Shown: positions 11,201 to 20,838, numbered from the stretch's first letter. The stretch is 64,000 bases of DNA from Microgenomates group bacterium Gr01-1014_7 (GCA_007376405.1 VMGD01000001.1:66891-130890); one strand, 5' to 3'. A program made the numbers and translations. Notes: a model not told the origin generated them from the letters alone.

Positions 11201-11772
11201 TGATAATTGTCGGTTGAGTATTGATCTGCAACTATTAATGCAGCTGAAACTGCATATTTTTTCTGCATATAGTCCAAAGAATAACTATCTATCCACCAGG
11301 CTCCCACAGAAGTTGGATAAAACCCAAAAACTTCCTTAAAGCGGGAGAATACAGAATCTATTAATTTTTCTCTCTCTTCTCTTTCATAACCTGTTAAAAA
11401 TGCACTGCCTGCAGCGTGCCAATTTTCTCCACTGTGGTATTTCACTCCTGCTGCTTTTGCCCAAGTAGGAGTAATCTCTAAAAATAACCCTTTTTCACTT
11501 TGCGATCCTTTAAGAGCACTCGTTATTGTTTTATTACTTAGAGCATCAAATCTTATAAGCCAAGTTGCACTGGCATTAAATCTTTTTAAAATATCCATTT
11601 GTCCTAAAACTGCCGTTTGAGGCTTCTGATCCTTTAAATCCCAAAAATCCTCTCCTCTAACAGGATTTACAATAGAAACAAAAGAATTAGTTTGTGCTAA
11701 AACAGGTAAAGGAAAGGAAAGGAAGAAAAGGAAGGAAAAAAATAAAATAATCCTAAATTTTAAAAGATTCAT
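8284..11772 (-). CDS. Fusion: exported polysaccharide deacetylase/GH57-like barrel domain plus HDGxWH-type GT-C membrane domain
   Basis: Signal peptide ending VLA; GLFLEITP and FKEVFGFYPTSVGAWWID barrel-like motifs; from about aa 500 multi-TM with NTHDGVWH, NYHFFYD, NLNPPF. Confidence 0.65.
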   Translation of the reverse strand: MNLLKFRIILFFSFLFFLSFPLPVLAQTNSFVSIVNPVRGEDFWDLKDQKPQTAVLGQMDILKRFNASATWLIRFDALSNKTITSALKGSQSEKGLFLEITPTWAKAAGVKYHSGENWHAAGSAFLTGYEREEREKLIDSVFSRFKEVFGFYPTSVGAWWIDSYSLDYMQKKYAVSAALIVADQYSTDNYQIWGQYFSTPYYPSKKNALHPAQTLENKLPMVITQWATRDPVNGYGNGVIESTYSLQANDYIDYHNLDIKYFSKLIDIYTKQPLNQLSQLVVGLENSYSWQKYSKEYENQVETLVSKRKSSQISLATMRDFASWYKSKFPDLSPQHLIVADDPLGTYEQSSSTNKKVVWFMNPYYRAGWFLNQDGSVFRDIRQYIDGSEELCFKARCDSVNFATSATRVLDEVSFGHKWVIDDGRITDFNVVKQGENYEITYKNEAGHSRTIEFLPRDIGIDGKISSIDGAILDATKKEVQKKINSPMEEGTFAWSLNNVLFKTIAFILFLTIGCIIPGFLLINRLLKNKSVYQTFFLSTIVGLVELTLIFYILGLFKIRFLIYPYILINLILFLGLYLPKLKKINIPKIKNRVDLAIITLIIMGTAFQVIPAFKNGLVYPFGLGFWGPNTHDGVWHISLINQLIKAVPPENPIFSGNILKNYHFFYDLLVAATNYLVKIPVLDLVFRFYPILFSLSLGIGTYYLVRDLFEESLGILKTKIASLFSLYLVYFAGSFGWIVSFIKERNFAGESAFWANQSISFNLNPPFAISLLIIIALIQVLIFSGRKKRKLSLAILLAGGLIGFKAYGAVLVLVSLVLIGLFKKRADYLIVFIGALIITVVIFFANFQPTSALMIFAPFWFIHSMIDSPDRVGWMRLTLARTVGLEKGIWWKFITAEFISLILFIAGNLGLRMLSLLSLIKIKRIVKDSNLLFLLVFSTLSFLIPILFIQSGNPWNTIQFFYYGLYVTAVISGVVLLSLIVNLPKFLLSFIIGLFLIISPINSLVTASYYTNYLPHARVDKKELEALEFLSKQQDGVVLTYPYDDKLKKRIEEPWPLFVYDSTSYVSALSNKAVYLVDESQNQILLTDYKKRIVASKDFFSDVIPHLSTDESLQTAKNFLRHNHIKYIYIINEFSMAIDEDKLPLDKIYQNQEVTIYQTKL

Positions 11773-13202
11773 TTTTTAAAAATTGATTTAGTCATATTTA
11801 TAATTTTTGGTTCTAAAAGAATAATAATTACAGTATAGATAATTAACCCTGCAACAATCATTAAAATAACCTGCATTAGTGATATAGGAAGCAAACTTCT
11901 AACTATGTATAAAATAAATCCCATTAGAAGTGCAGTCATTAGAGGTTTTCCTACACTTTGTAAGTAATCCACCGTTACATATTTTGAGGCGATAAATATT
12001 GCTACGAATGAGCTAAGACCTACCAGAGTAAAACCAAAAGCTGCACCATTTAATCCGTAAGCTACTGCCAGCGCAGGGACAAGAATCCAAGTAAGCGCAG
12101 TCCACATAATCATCAATTTAAAAGTTATCGATACCTTTCCTATCGCGTTTAAGGTGTTGGTAAGCGGAGTAGTAATAGAAGCCAAAGCAGAAGTTATACT
12201 AATAAGGGTGAGGGCAGTTAAAGCAGGATTCCATTTACTGTATTTTGGAATGATCTCGGTAAGGGAGGGGGCCACTAAAACAAGTATCACAAGTGAAGGG
12301 AAAGATAAAATACATATAAATAATATCGCTCTTGAAACAGCATTTGATAGTTCTTGCTTTTCATCCTGTAACCTTGAGAATGCCGGAAAGGTTACTTTTA
12401 TAACCTGATCCATAAAAAAGCGCAAAGGCGCATATGCCCATTTTTGCGCCCATCCCAAAAGACCAATACCGGTTTGTCCTAAAATTCCTCCCAAAAGAAG
12501 AGTCATTCCATCATCTTTAATCATTGCCAAAAGTGCATTAGCCTGATATGGAACACCGAATTTAAGTACGGACTTAAATGCACTCACTGAAAAAGCAAGT
12601 CCCGGAAGCCATGGTTGAATCATATAAGTCATGATAAGCCCGGAAAAACCGCGAAGCAGTACCCCTATTGTGAAGCTTGTTACTCCAAAACCTTTCCAGG
12701 CAAGAAAAACAACAGAGATATTAAAAACTATAGTTTCTACGATTTGAGGGATAACCCATTTATTAAACTCAAGCTTTCTTTCTAAGAGTACATTGGGGAT
12801 AGTTTTTAATGAAGAAAGGACTAAAGAGAAAGCTACTGCCCAAAGTAAATATATTGATTTTTGATCCAGCTTGTATAAATTAACAATAACAGGAGTTGCA
12901 ATTAACACAGCGATCAATATTGTCAAAACCAGTAATTGTTGGGCGCTAAAAACAGTCCGCAGCTCTTGCTGTGTCAACTTTTCTTTTTTCTGGATTAGGG
13001 CTGCTGCAAAACCAATATCTCCAAAATAAGCCAAAAAATTAATTAAAGCAGAAACTATAAAGAATACCCCATACTCTGAAGGTTCAAGAAAAACTGTCAG
13101 CAGGACATTAGCAAAAAAGGCAATTGCTTGAATAAGAACGGTCCTTGCAGTTAAAATTCCAACACCTTTAATTACCCTTTTTTTTACAACTTCACTTTCC
13201 AT
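11769..13202 (-). CDS. wzx: Wzx/MOP-family oligosaccharide flippase
   Basis: LEPSEYGVF, DIGFAAALIQKK, LERKLEF, VTFPAFSRLQD; about 12-14 TMs. Confidence 0.88.
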   Translation of the reverse strand: MESEVVKKRVIKGVGILTARTVLIQAIAFFANVLLTVFLEPSEYGVFFIVSALINFLAYFGDIGFAAALIQKKEKLTQQELRTVFSAQQLLVLTILIAVLIATPVIVNLYKLDQKSIYLLWAVAFSLVLSSLKTIPNVLLERKLEFNKWVIPQIVETIVFNISVVFLAWKGFGVTSFTIGVLLRGFSGLIMTYMIQPWLPGLAFSVSAFKSVLKFGVPYQANALLAMIKDDGMTLLLGGILGQTGIGLLGWAQKWAYAPLRFFMDQVIKVTFPAFSRLQDEKQELSNAVSRAILFICILSFPSLVILVLVAPSLTEIIPKYSKWNPALTALTLISITSALASITTPLTNTLNAIGKVSITFKLMIMWTALTWILVPALAVAYGLNGAAFGFTLVGLSSFVAIFIASKYVTVDYLQSVGKPLMTALLMGFILYIVRSLLPISLMQVILMIVAGLIIYTVIIILLEPKIINMTKSIFKK

Positions 13203-14362
13203 TAATTTATTCCTTTTCTATAGTATAAAATCCACTTGCGCACTCTGGCAAAAGATATAAAAAATAAAACAGTAGTGATACCAATACCCATCAAGGTTAT
13301 TAAATTTGAAAGAGAACGAATCGGGGTATCATAAAGCCTTGCATCTATTTCATGGTTACCTTTTCCCAATATAAATGTCATCAACCCAGTACTATTATTT
13401 TTATAGTCAACCGGTATTTGTTTACCATCAACAAATACTTTCCAGTTAGGGAAATAGTATTGTGATAAACGAATAATAGTATGGCTGTTAGCTTCAGTTT
13501 TAAAGCTCATCCAGTTTGAGCCTTCCTTAAAATCTAAAATTTTAGTATCCCCTGTTAATAATTCATATCTGGACTGCGCTTGTTTGGCAGGTGACTCTTT
13601 AGCGTAAATTGGCAAGTAACCATTATGAATCAAGTTACTCTCAAACACCTTTGGTAAAAGATAAAAGGATGAAAGCAACAATCCCAAAAATAAACTTCCC
13701 AGACTAAACCAAAGAAATCTTGACTTTTTAATTTTAAAAAATAATATTGCAGCTACCAGTAAAACTAATGGAACAAAAATTATCTGAGAAAGATTAGAAG
13801 AGGTGAGCAAACTTGCTATAAATATCCCGGAAAGAAGAAGGTTTCTTATATTAATGTCTTCTCTTAATCTAATGAGTGAGTAGATAGTTGCAGCAAAAAA
13901 CATAAGTGCCCACATTTCTCCTAACACTCCTCTTTGGTAAAAATTTAATAGATAATATGGTACAAAGCTATAAATTAAAGCGAGTAAAATCGCTTTTAAA
14001 TTTCCCACATATTTTCTTGAAAGAATATAGATAAATAAATATGAGCCAAAAAAAGAAACAATAAATAATACTCTAATAGAAAAAGCCAAATTGTTACTTA
14101 ATAAAAAAGTAAGTTCACCAAAATAATAGGGGAGTGGAGCGTAGAAATTAAAAAAGGGGTATCCATATGAACCACCCAAATCAGGCACCCAGCGACAGGG
14201 AATTTGGTAATCTTTAATACACTTATCCATCTCAAATAGCCGAGCACTATGAAGATCCTCTAGGCGCATGAAAGAAGGTTCTGATAAAAATAGCCAGACT
14301 AATCCCACTAATAAAATTAGAGCCCAAAGGGACCACTTTGTCGTAAGTTTTTTGAGAAGCAC
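13202..14362 (-). CDS. GT-C membrane protein of the 'PTPS-related' family, internally shortened paralog
   Basis: QIPCRWVPDLGGSYGYPFFNFYAPL, RGVLGE, YYFPNW; lacks the central QFPWRFL block of its neighbours. Confidence 0.75.
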   Translation of the reverse strand: MLLKKLTTKWSLWALILLVGLVWLFLSEPSFMRLEDLHSARLFEMDKCIKDYQIPCRWVPDLGGSYGYPFFNFYAPLPYYFGELTFLLSNNLAFSIRVLFIVSFFGSYLFIYILSRKYVGNLKAILLALIYSFVPYYLLNFYQRGVLGEMWALMFFAATIYSLIRLREDINIRNLLLSGIFIASLLTSSNLSQIIFVPLVLLVAAILFFKIKKSRFLWFSLGSLFLGLLLSSFYLLPKVFESNLIHNGYLPIYAKESPAKQAQSRYELLTGDTKILDFKEGSNWMSFKTEANSHTIIRLSQYYFPNWKVFVDGKQIPVDYKNNSTGLMTFILGKGNHEIDARLYDTPIRSLSNLITLMGIGITTVLFFISFARVRKWILYYRKGIN

Positions 14363-15993
14363 ATCCCTAATGATACTAAAAATCCGGCTAAAGAGATAGC
14401 ATCGAGAGCCTTTTTAAAAGTTGTCTCCTCAAATGATATTTTTAGCTGATGCTGTCCAGGCGGAACATTGACATTAATCTGTCCAAAAGGTTGGCCGATT
14501 TCTATTTTATTTTGCTTACCGTCTATTTTAGCCACCCAACCCGGAAAGAAATATTTATTGTAATTTATTGTTGCGCTAACTGTTGACTCAACTGTAATCA
14601 AAGCATCTAAATCATTTAATCTCTCAAATTTCTTAATTTCTCCATTCTCAACAGAGACTAAAGGATAATTTTGATTAGGTCTCACTTGGGTATGCTTGGG
14701 TAATCTTAAATATTCTTCCTGAGTCTCTAAATATTCCTTACTTGCGGAAGGAGTGGGAATATATCTATTTAGAAAGTAGCTATCTTGTCTGCCTAGAAAA
14801 TCCTCTGGTCTAAAATAACTTCCGCTGGTAATTAAAGTAAGGACAATTATAACTGTAGCAATGATTGACTTAGACTTAAATTTGTCAAAAACTATTATTA
14901 AAAGTGGGGTTGCAAAAGTGGTTAGTATTAAAAATCTCCAGGGAAACTGGAAATAAGATAGCAAGGGCAGATTATTCCATAAAAACGTAGACCTGTAATT
15001 CATAAGAAAAAAGGCGGAGCCTAGACAGACAAAAACCCAAACAAGTAAAATCTTTATTTCTTTCCTAAATCTGGACCAGGAAGTAATAGCTATAATAAAT
15101 CCTGCAATTACCAAAAGTAAATTTACTATTCCCAAGAAGAAAGACATACCATCTCCCGGACCTGGAACAGACGCTCCATATCCCCAATAAAGAGTAATTA
15201 GTTGTGAAATCGTAGGATAATGATCGGCAAAATTAAAAACAGTATCATATTTCATAAGGTTTGAATCCACTATTGCCGGTAGCCAAAAATACATACTGGT
15301 AAATAAACCCAAAAAAATCATTAAAATTGACCTTACTGCAAATGCCTTTTTATTTTCACTTGCAAAAAATTGCATTAAAAAAAACAGAGCCACAAAAGGA
15401 AAAAACATATATGAAGTAATATTGTGCGACAACACTAGGGAAGAAAGGGTAAGTGCTCCAATCCCTATCCACCTTAAGTTTGATTCCTTAATCTTTACAA
15501 TTGATAATAAAATTAAGGGTAAAAACACAAAACTTACTACCTCGCCGACCGCTCCACGGATATACAGATCAACCGCTCTGTAAGGGGTATAAATATATAA
15601 GGTTGCTCCGGCTAAACTTAAAGATCTTGAGATAAACTGTCGCAAAAGTAGATACATGAATACAAAAGATATGGGGATGCTAATAAAAAATAATGCTTTG
15701 ATGCTATCAACCAAACTTAGACCCAAAAGGTGAAATATTTCAGCTATATAAAAAGGCAGCGGAAAAACAAAGTTAAATAAAGGATAGCCAAAACCAAAAC
15801 TTAAATCGGGTACAAAGCGGGGAGGAATTTTACCGGAGAGAAGAGTTTTATGCATCTCATATAACCAGGCAATGTGAATATCATCAGACGCCCCATAAAA
15901 ACCCGGCACAAAAAGCGCCCAACAAGCCGGGATAAACAAAAGAGGCACTATTACCCACCAGTATCTAGTTAAAACGTTTTTTAGATTTACCAT
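14317..15993 (-). CDS. GT-C membrane protein, 'PTPS-related' family
   Basis: ASDDIH, PRFVPDLSFGFGYPLFNF, YIRGAVGE, QFPWRFL, FFPGW. Confidence 0.8.
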   Translation of the reverse strand: MVNLKNVLTRYWWVIVPLLFIPACWALFVPGFYGASDDIHIAWLYEMHKTLLSGKIPPRFVPDLSFGFGYPLFNFVFPLPFYIAEIFHLLGLSLVDSIKALFFISIPISFVFMYLLLRQFISRSLSLAGATLYIYTPYRAVDLYIRGAVGEVVSFVFLPLILLSIVKIKESNLRWIGIGALTLSSLVLSHNITSYMFFPFVALFFLMQFFASENKKAFAVRSILMIFLGLFTSMYFWLPAIVDSNLMKYDTVFNFADHYPTISQLITLYWGYGASVPGPGDGMSFFLGIVNLLLVIAGFIIAITSWSRFRKEIKILLVWVFVCLGSAFFLMNYRSTFLWNNLPLLSYFQFPWRFLILTTFATPLLIIVFDKFKSKSIIATVIIVLTLITSGSYFRPEDFLGRQDSYFLNRYIPTPSASKEYLETQEEYLRLPKHTQVRPNQNYPLVSVENGEIKKFERLNDLDALITVESTVSATINYNKYFFPGWVAKIDGKQNKIEIGQPFGQINVNVPPGQHQLKISFEETTFKKALDAISLAGFLVSLGMCFSKNLRQSGPFGL

Positions 15994-17629
15994 AGAAAAC
16001 TACCCCTATTAAAATTATTAAAGAGACTAGAGAAGTAACATTGGAAATTTTACGAATAGTAGTATCAACAAATTTTCCCGATACAAAATAGTCTCCCCCT
16101 CTCTCAAAGTTAATACTTATTCTTCCCAAGTAATTTTTATTAGAGAAACTCATCTTTTGATCATTAACTTTAACTTCCCAGATTGGAAAATCAAAAACAG
16201 GTACCTCAATGCTTGTTTTATCTTCCACCTTTGCTTGAAACTGCCATTTATTTGATCTATTCTCAAACTTCAAAACTTCCCCTTTTCCTGAAACTACAAT
16301 TGGCTTATCAGGTGCAGCCTCTCTGGGTTGTACAGCGGTCTGGGGCAGGTAATCCAAGATGGCAGCTTTTTGCTGGTCCTCCCAAAGTTTACCTGATAAT
16401 TTTTCCTGATCAGTCATACTAGGATAAAATTCTTTTGGTTTAAAATAATTCCAGTTTAAAATAATGATTAAGATAATTAAAATTAAGCTTAAGTATTTTT
16501 TATAAACTTCTTTAAAATTTTGAACAAGATATGCTCCGAGTAGACTGGATGAGAAAATTGCCACTGATAAAAATCTCCAGGGGAATTGAGTGAATTTTAA
16601 AACTTCAATTTTTTCCCAGATAAAAGCAGATTTTATATGTGTCATAAAAATTGAAAACAAAAATGTCATAAATAAAAGGAGAGATAAACTATTAAATTTT
16701 CTTTTATAAATTATGCTAAAGAGAAACATTATAAAGGCAGCTACTACTATCCACCAATGTGGCCAGCCTATCTGAAAAGATATAGTGTCATTTGTACCCG
16801 GAGATGATGCTCCATAGCCCCAGGAGCGGTCAAATAAAAGCTGAGGTACGGTTACAAAATGGGCTCTAAAATTTAAATCTAACCTAATTAGGTTATCTAT
16901 TTGAACTAAATTCTTCTCAAAATATGCAGGAAAGATAAAGAAAGAAGACAGTCCTATTCCCAAAATTAGGCCTAAAGCCAGCGAAGATAAATTCTTCCAT
17001 TTTTCCAGTACCAGTTGGTACAGAATGAATATTAAAAGCACAGGAAAAAATAGAAGAATCATAATATTATGACTCACTAAAAAGATCGCCAAGGAGACGG
17101 ATAAACCAACTAAATATTTGGTGCTTTTAAGCTTAGTTAGCTTTAAGGCAAAATAAAAAACCAAAGGGATGGTAGCCATAGCAAAACTTTCAGCAACGGC
17201 TCCCCTGACATAGGTATCAAGGGAACGGTATGGGGCAAAGGTATAAAGCACGGATGCTAAAATTGCAGGGTATACTCCAAAAAGCTCTTTTGCCAAAAGA
17301 TACATTGAAATTGCACCTAAAAACAAAGGAATAGCAAAAAGCAACTTGGCGGAAGCTAAAAAACCAAAAATGTAGCTTAGAATTGCCGCAAGATAGTAGG
17401 GAAATACACTGTAATAGTTAAACAAAGGATAACCATTACCATATCCCATATCCGGCACCCATCTACAAGGAATTTGTAAATCCTCAATGCATTTTCTCAT
17501 CTCAAAAATCCTCATCACCTGTAAATCATCGTGGTGAGAAAAATATCCGGGCAGAAAAAGAGGCCATAAAGTAAGACCTAAAAGCAGTAGAGTAAAAACA
17601 AACCAATACTTAGCTAAAACTTTTTTCAT
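15965..17629 (-). CDS. GT-C membrane protein, 'PTPS-related' family
   Basis: HHDDLQ, PCRWVPDMGYGNGYPLFNYY, YVRGAVAE, QFPWRFL, DYLP. Confidence 0.8.
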   Translation of the reverse strand: MKKVLAKYWFVFTLLLLGLTLWPLFLPGYFSHHDDLQVMRIFEMRKCIEDLQIPCRWVPDMGYGNGYPLFNYYSVFPYYLAAILSYIFGFLASAKLLFAIPLFLGAISMYLLAKELFGVYPAILASVLYTFAPYRSLDTYVRGAVAESFAMATIPLVFYFALKLTKLKSTKYLVGLSVSLAIFLVSHNIMILLFFPVLLIFILYQLVLEKWKNLSSLALGLILGIGLSSFFIFPAYFEKNLVQIDNLIRLDLNFRAHFVTVPQLLFDRSWGYGASSPGTNDTISFQIGWPHWWIVVAAFIMFLFSIIYKRKFNSLSLLLFMTFLFSIFMTHIKSAFIWEKIEVLKFTQFPWRFLSVAIFSSSLLGAYLVQNFKEVYKKYLSLILIILIIILNWNYFKPKEFYPSMTDQEKLSGKLWEDQQKAAILDYLPQTAVQPREAAPDKPIVVSGKGEVLKFENRSNKWQFQAKVEDKTSIEVPVFDFPIWEVKVNDQKMSFSNKNYLGRISINFERGGDYFVSGKFVDTTIRKISNVTSLVSLIILIGVVFYGKSKKRFN

Positions 17630-19347
17630 TTCTTTGTTTTAAGATATAGCCCTAAAACAGCTATTATAGATATCAAAGTAATTATATTACCTATTTGTCT
17701 GACCGGTGTATCTTGTAACTGCGCTTTGATTTTATATTTCCCCGGAGAAAGCTTAAAACTGATAAGACCAAAACAATACTCTTCTCCCCTGCAATCAACA
17801 GTATGAGGTAAGGTGTTTCCCCCTGCAGTTACTTTCATTCCCGGGAAATCAAAAAGAGGCAGTCTTATTAATGCTTCTTTTTTCACCTCCACCTCTCCGG
17901 TTTGAAAATTACTGCCCTTTTGATAGTTTAAAAAGTTTGCTTGTCCTTCTAAGACCTCCGGAAACTTGGGAGCTTTATGGTTGGGAGGAAGCTTAGCATA
18001 AATAGGTAAATAATCAAAAATGCTGATAGTTAGTTGCTTTTCCCATAATTTACCAGAGAATTTATCCGTATCAGATATATTTACCCAATCCTTAGGAGTA
18101 AAAAATTGACTGTGAAGTATAAAAGTTGCAGCTAAAATAAAAAGAGCGAAAATTAGAGCAATTTTTTTATTAAGTAAGCCAACGAAAAAAACTGTGATAG
18201 CCCCCAGGAAAGATAAAAGAAAAATACTATCCGTTAAAAATCTCCAGGGAAATTGTAGCCACCAAAGAACCGGTAATTTTTCCCAGATAAAAGAAGATTT
18301 TTGGTGAATCAAAAAAAGTACTGCCAACTCTGTAATACTAAAAACAATTGCTAAAATCGCCATATTTTTTTGTTTTTTAAAAAAGGCAAAGGCTAGGATT
18401 AAACCAAGCAGACCAAGCATCCAGTGTATCTGACCTGTGGAAAGAGTTAGGTTATTATCCTGGCCGAGTCCCGATGACCCATATCCCCAAAGATTAGAAA
18501 TAAGTAGTCTATACAAAGATACGAAGTGCTGCCGGTAGTCAAAATATCCGCCTTGCAAGGTTTCAAGATGAACAAATTTTCCCTCAAAAATAACCGGCAA
18601 AGTAAAAAAGGATGCCAAGCCTATTCCCAATATCCCCCCAAAAAAAAATTTTGGGATCATCTTCCATCTATTCTTAATAATTAATAAAACCAAACACCAC
18701 AAAAGGGCAATGGGTGCAAAAATTAAAGTCATAAGATTGTGAGTAATTAGCAAGAAAGCAGTAGAAAGAGAAAGAAAAATTAAATATTTTAGTTTGTTTT
18801 TAGTTATTAGTTGATAAACAGCCCAAAAAACTAAGGGGTATAAAATTAAACTCCAAAATTCACTAAGCGCTCCCCTGACATAAATTTCCAATGCTTTGTA
18901 TGGAACATAGGTATAGAGCATTGCTCCCAAAAGAGCCGGTAGAGTTGTAGTGGCAAAACTTTTTTCTTTTACTTCCCCATCAAAAAAGGCTTTTAAAAAA
19001 ATAAACATAAAAACAGTTGAAAGAATGTATCCTAAGATAAATAAGATTTTTACAGAGTCAATTATTTGAATTCCAAAAAGATGAATAAAAGCTCCAATGT
19101 AATAAACAATGGGTGGATAAAATAAAAATTGAGGATAGCCATATTGATATCCCATATCCGGTACCCAGCGACAGGGGATTTGCAGGTCTTGAAAACACCT
19201 AAACATTTGGTGGACCCGAAAAGCTTGCAGATCATCTTGCATGAAGAAAAAACCCGGCCTAAGCAGTTGAATAAAGGTTGGGATAGTAAGTATTAAAGTT
19301 AATATTATCCAAAACGAATAAGGTCTTTTTTCAAGGAAATCAAACAT
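17626..19347 (-). CDS. GT-C membrane protein, 'PTPS-related' family
   Basis: MQDDLQ, PCRWVPDMGYQYGYPQF, YVRGALSE, QFPWRFL, DYLP. Confidence 0.8.
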   Translation of the reverse strand: MFDFLEKRPYSFWIILTLILTIPTFIQLLRPGFFFMQDDLQAFRVHQMFRCFQDLQIPCRWVPDMGYQYGYPQFLFYPPIVYYIGAFIHLFGIQIIDSVKILFILGYILSTVFMFIFLKAFFDGEVKEKSFATTTLPALLGAMLYTYVPYKALEIYVRGALSEFWSLILYPLVFWAVYQLITKNKLKYLIFLSLSTAFLLITHNLMTLIFAPIALLWCLVLLIIKNRWKMIPKFFFGGILGIGLASFFTLPVIFEGKFVHLETLQGGYFDYRQHFVSLYRLLISNLWGYGSSGLGQDNNLTLSTGQIHWMLGLLGLILAFAFFKKQKNMAILAIVFSITELAVLFLIHQKSSFIWEKLPVLWWLQFPWRFLTDSIFLLSFLGAITVFFVGLLNKKIALIFALFILAATFILHSQFFTPKDWVNISDTDKFSGKLWEKQLTISIFDYLPIYAKLPPNHKAPKFPEVLEGQANFLNYQKGSNFQTGEVEVKKEALIRLPLFDFPGMKVTAGGNTLPHTVDCRGEEYCFGLISFKLSPGKYKIKAQLQDTPVRQIGNIITLISIIAVLGLYLKTKK

Positions 19348-19350
19348 AAA

Positions 19351-20832
19351 TTATGGAAAAACTTTATATAAAACCATTGCATCCTGTTCGGAACCATCCA
19401 AGGGCCTGGCTTTAGGATATTCTCTAACAAGTTCCGCTTTTTGAATGACCAGCTTTAGATTTTTTTTATTGCCAACAAAATAGGTCGCATTCTCCCTTGC
19501 GGTATCTCTAATTTGAGCTGAAATTGTAGCACTGCCGCCTATAATTGCTATATCATCTTTATCCAAGTATATCCAAAGACCATCGGGCAAGGTTCCAAAA
19601 GATCCTTCTGTCCCGACAATTACTTTTCCCTCTTTCCTTTTTTCTTTTAAAAACCCTGCAATATCTTTTAAGCCAAAACCTGCAGTCCAGTCCTCAAAAT
19701 AACCTTTTCTTTCCTCATTTGGCAGCGAATCCGGCGGAGGATTTGTTAAAAGCTGATAATCAAATTTAAGGGGCAAAAAAACTACAAGTATCAAAAGTAT
19801 TATGAGAGGTATTACCCTTGATATTTTTTCCATACCAAATCCTGCCAAAATTAAAAGTAGCGGTATAGAAGGAAGTAAATATCTTGCTGTAAAAGTTCTC
19901 AAAAATGTCATCTCCACCAAAAGAGGGATAATTGCCCAAGCCAGAATTACCCATCCCAACTTGTTTTTCTCCTTAACCATAAACCATAAACCATAAACCA
20001 TCAGACCAATTATTGGCCATGTTAAAAGTTTGGGAAACCAGTCTGAAATATCATGAAAATGCGGTATAAAAGGATCGAGCGGCCTGCCCACCAGTTCCAC
20101 TGGAGAGAAAACATAATCGGCATTTCTGGCAGATAACTGACGAAACTCCGGACCCAGTCTTAAAAGGTTATACATGACAAGGGCAATTACCACTGCCACT
20201 CCCCAGAATGCTACCAGTTTAACCAGTCTATATTTACCTGCCCCAGCTTTCTTAAACCCTAAAATGGAAACAGGCAAAATTAGCAGATTAAGCATTCCCG
20301 GAGTTTTGGTTAAAATTGCTCCACCCAGCATATAGCCTAAAATCATTGCTAAATCCAGTCTCAAGCTTTTTAAAAGCCAAACGGCAAAATAAACTACCCA
20401 GACGGTAAAGGCAGAGAGCATTGAATCTACCAAAGCCATCCGGTCAAAAAAAACAGTATATGGAGTAATTACATACACTAGAGATGCCCAAAGAGCAGCT
20501 TTGGCATTAAAAACTTTTCTGCTCAGGAAAAAAACACCTAAAAGAGTGAAAAAGCCGGACAGAACTGACAAAAATCTTCCGGCCAAAAGCGGATCATGGA
20601 TAAACTTAAAAAGAGGAATTAAGCTCCACATAAAAAGCGGGGTTTTGCCGTCAGTTTGAGGTAAAAAGCGAAGAGTCGGTTCAGACCTCATCACTTGAGC
20701 CCAGCGGATATAGATTGCCTCATCCGCAAAAATCGGCTGCAGGGTTAAATTAGGTAGCCTGAGAATAAAATAGGCAATTATTAAGCAAACGAGAACTATT
20801 ATTTCTCTTTGGTATTTCCAGACAAAATTCAC
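19351..20832 (-). CDS. GT-C fold membrane glycosyltransferase (ArnT/PMT_2-like)
   Basis: PIFADEAIY, DGKTPLFMW, AGRFLS, FFDRMALVD, LTK; GTG start. Confidence 0.85.
   Translation of the reverse strand: MNFVWKYQREIIVLVCLIIAYFILRLPNLTLQPIFADEAIYIRWAQVMRSEPTLRFLPQTDGKTPLFMWSLIPLFKFIHDPLLAGRFLSVLSGFFTLLGVFFLSRKVFNAKAALWASLVYVITPYTVFFDRMALVDSMLSAFTVWVVYFAVWLLKSLRLDLAMILGYMLGGAILTKTPGMLNLLILPVSILGFKKAGAGKYRLVKLVAFWGVAVVIALVMYNLLRLGPEFRQLSARNADYVFSPVELVGRPLDPFIPHFHDISDWFPKLLTWPIIGLMVYGLWFMVKEKNKLGWVILAWAIIPLLVEMTFLRTFTARYLLPSIPLLLILAGFGMEKISRVIPLIILLILVVFLPLKFDYQLLTNPPPDSLPNEERKGYFEDWTAGFGLKDIAGFLKEKRKEGKVIVGTEGSFGTLPDGLWIYLDKDDIAIIGGSATISAQIRDTARENATYFVGNKKNLKLVIQKAELVREYPKARPLDGSEQDAMVLYKVFP
19974..20001. 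repeat. 7-bp tandem repeat (AAACCAT x4) inside a CDS
   Basis: taaccat aaaccat aaaccat aaaccat; encodes MVYGLWFMV on the minus strand. Confidence 0.85.
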
Positions 20833-20838
20833 TATACT

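Noticed and set aside
11706-11740. GGAAA-like purine run
   Set aside because: It encodes the Phe/Leu/Ser-rich signal peptide on the minus strand; short and irregular.
14325-14345. Small hairpin CAAAG-GGACCA-CTTTG in a gene overlap
   Set aside because: A 5-bp stem is expected by chance.
13202-19347. Pterin or queuosine biosynthesis suggested by the 'PTPS-related' family name
   Set aside because: The proteins are multi-pass GT-C-like with no T-fold PTPS motifs.
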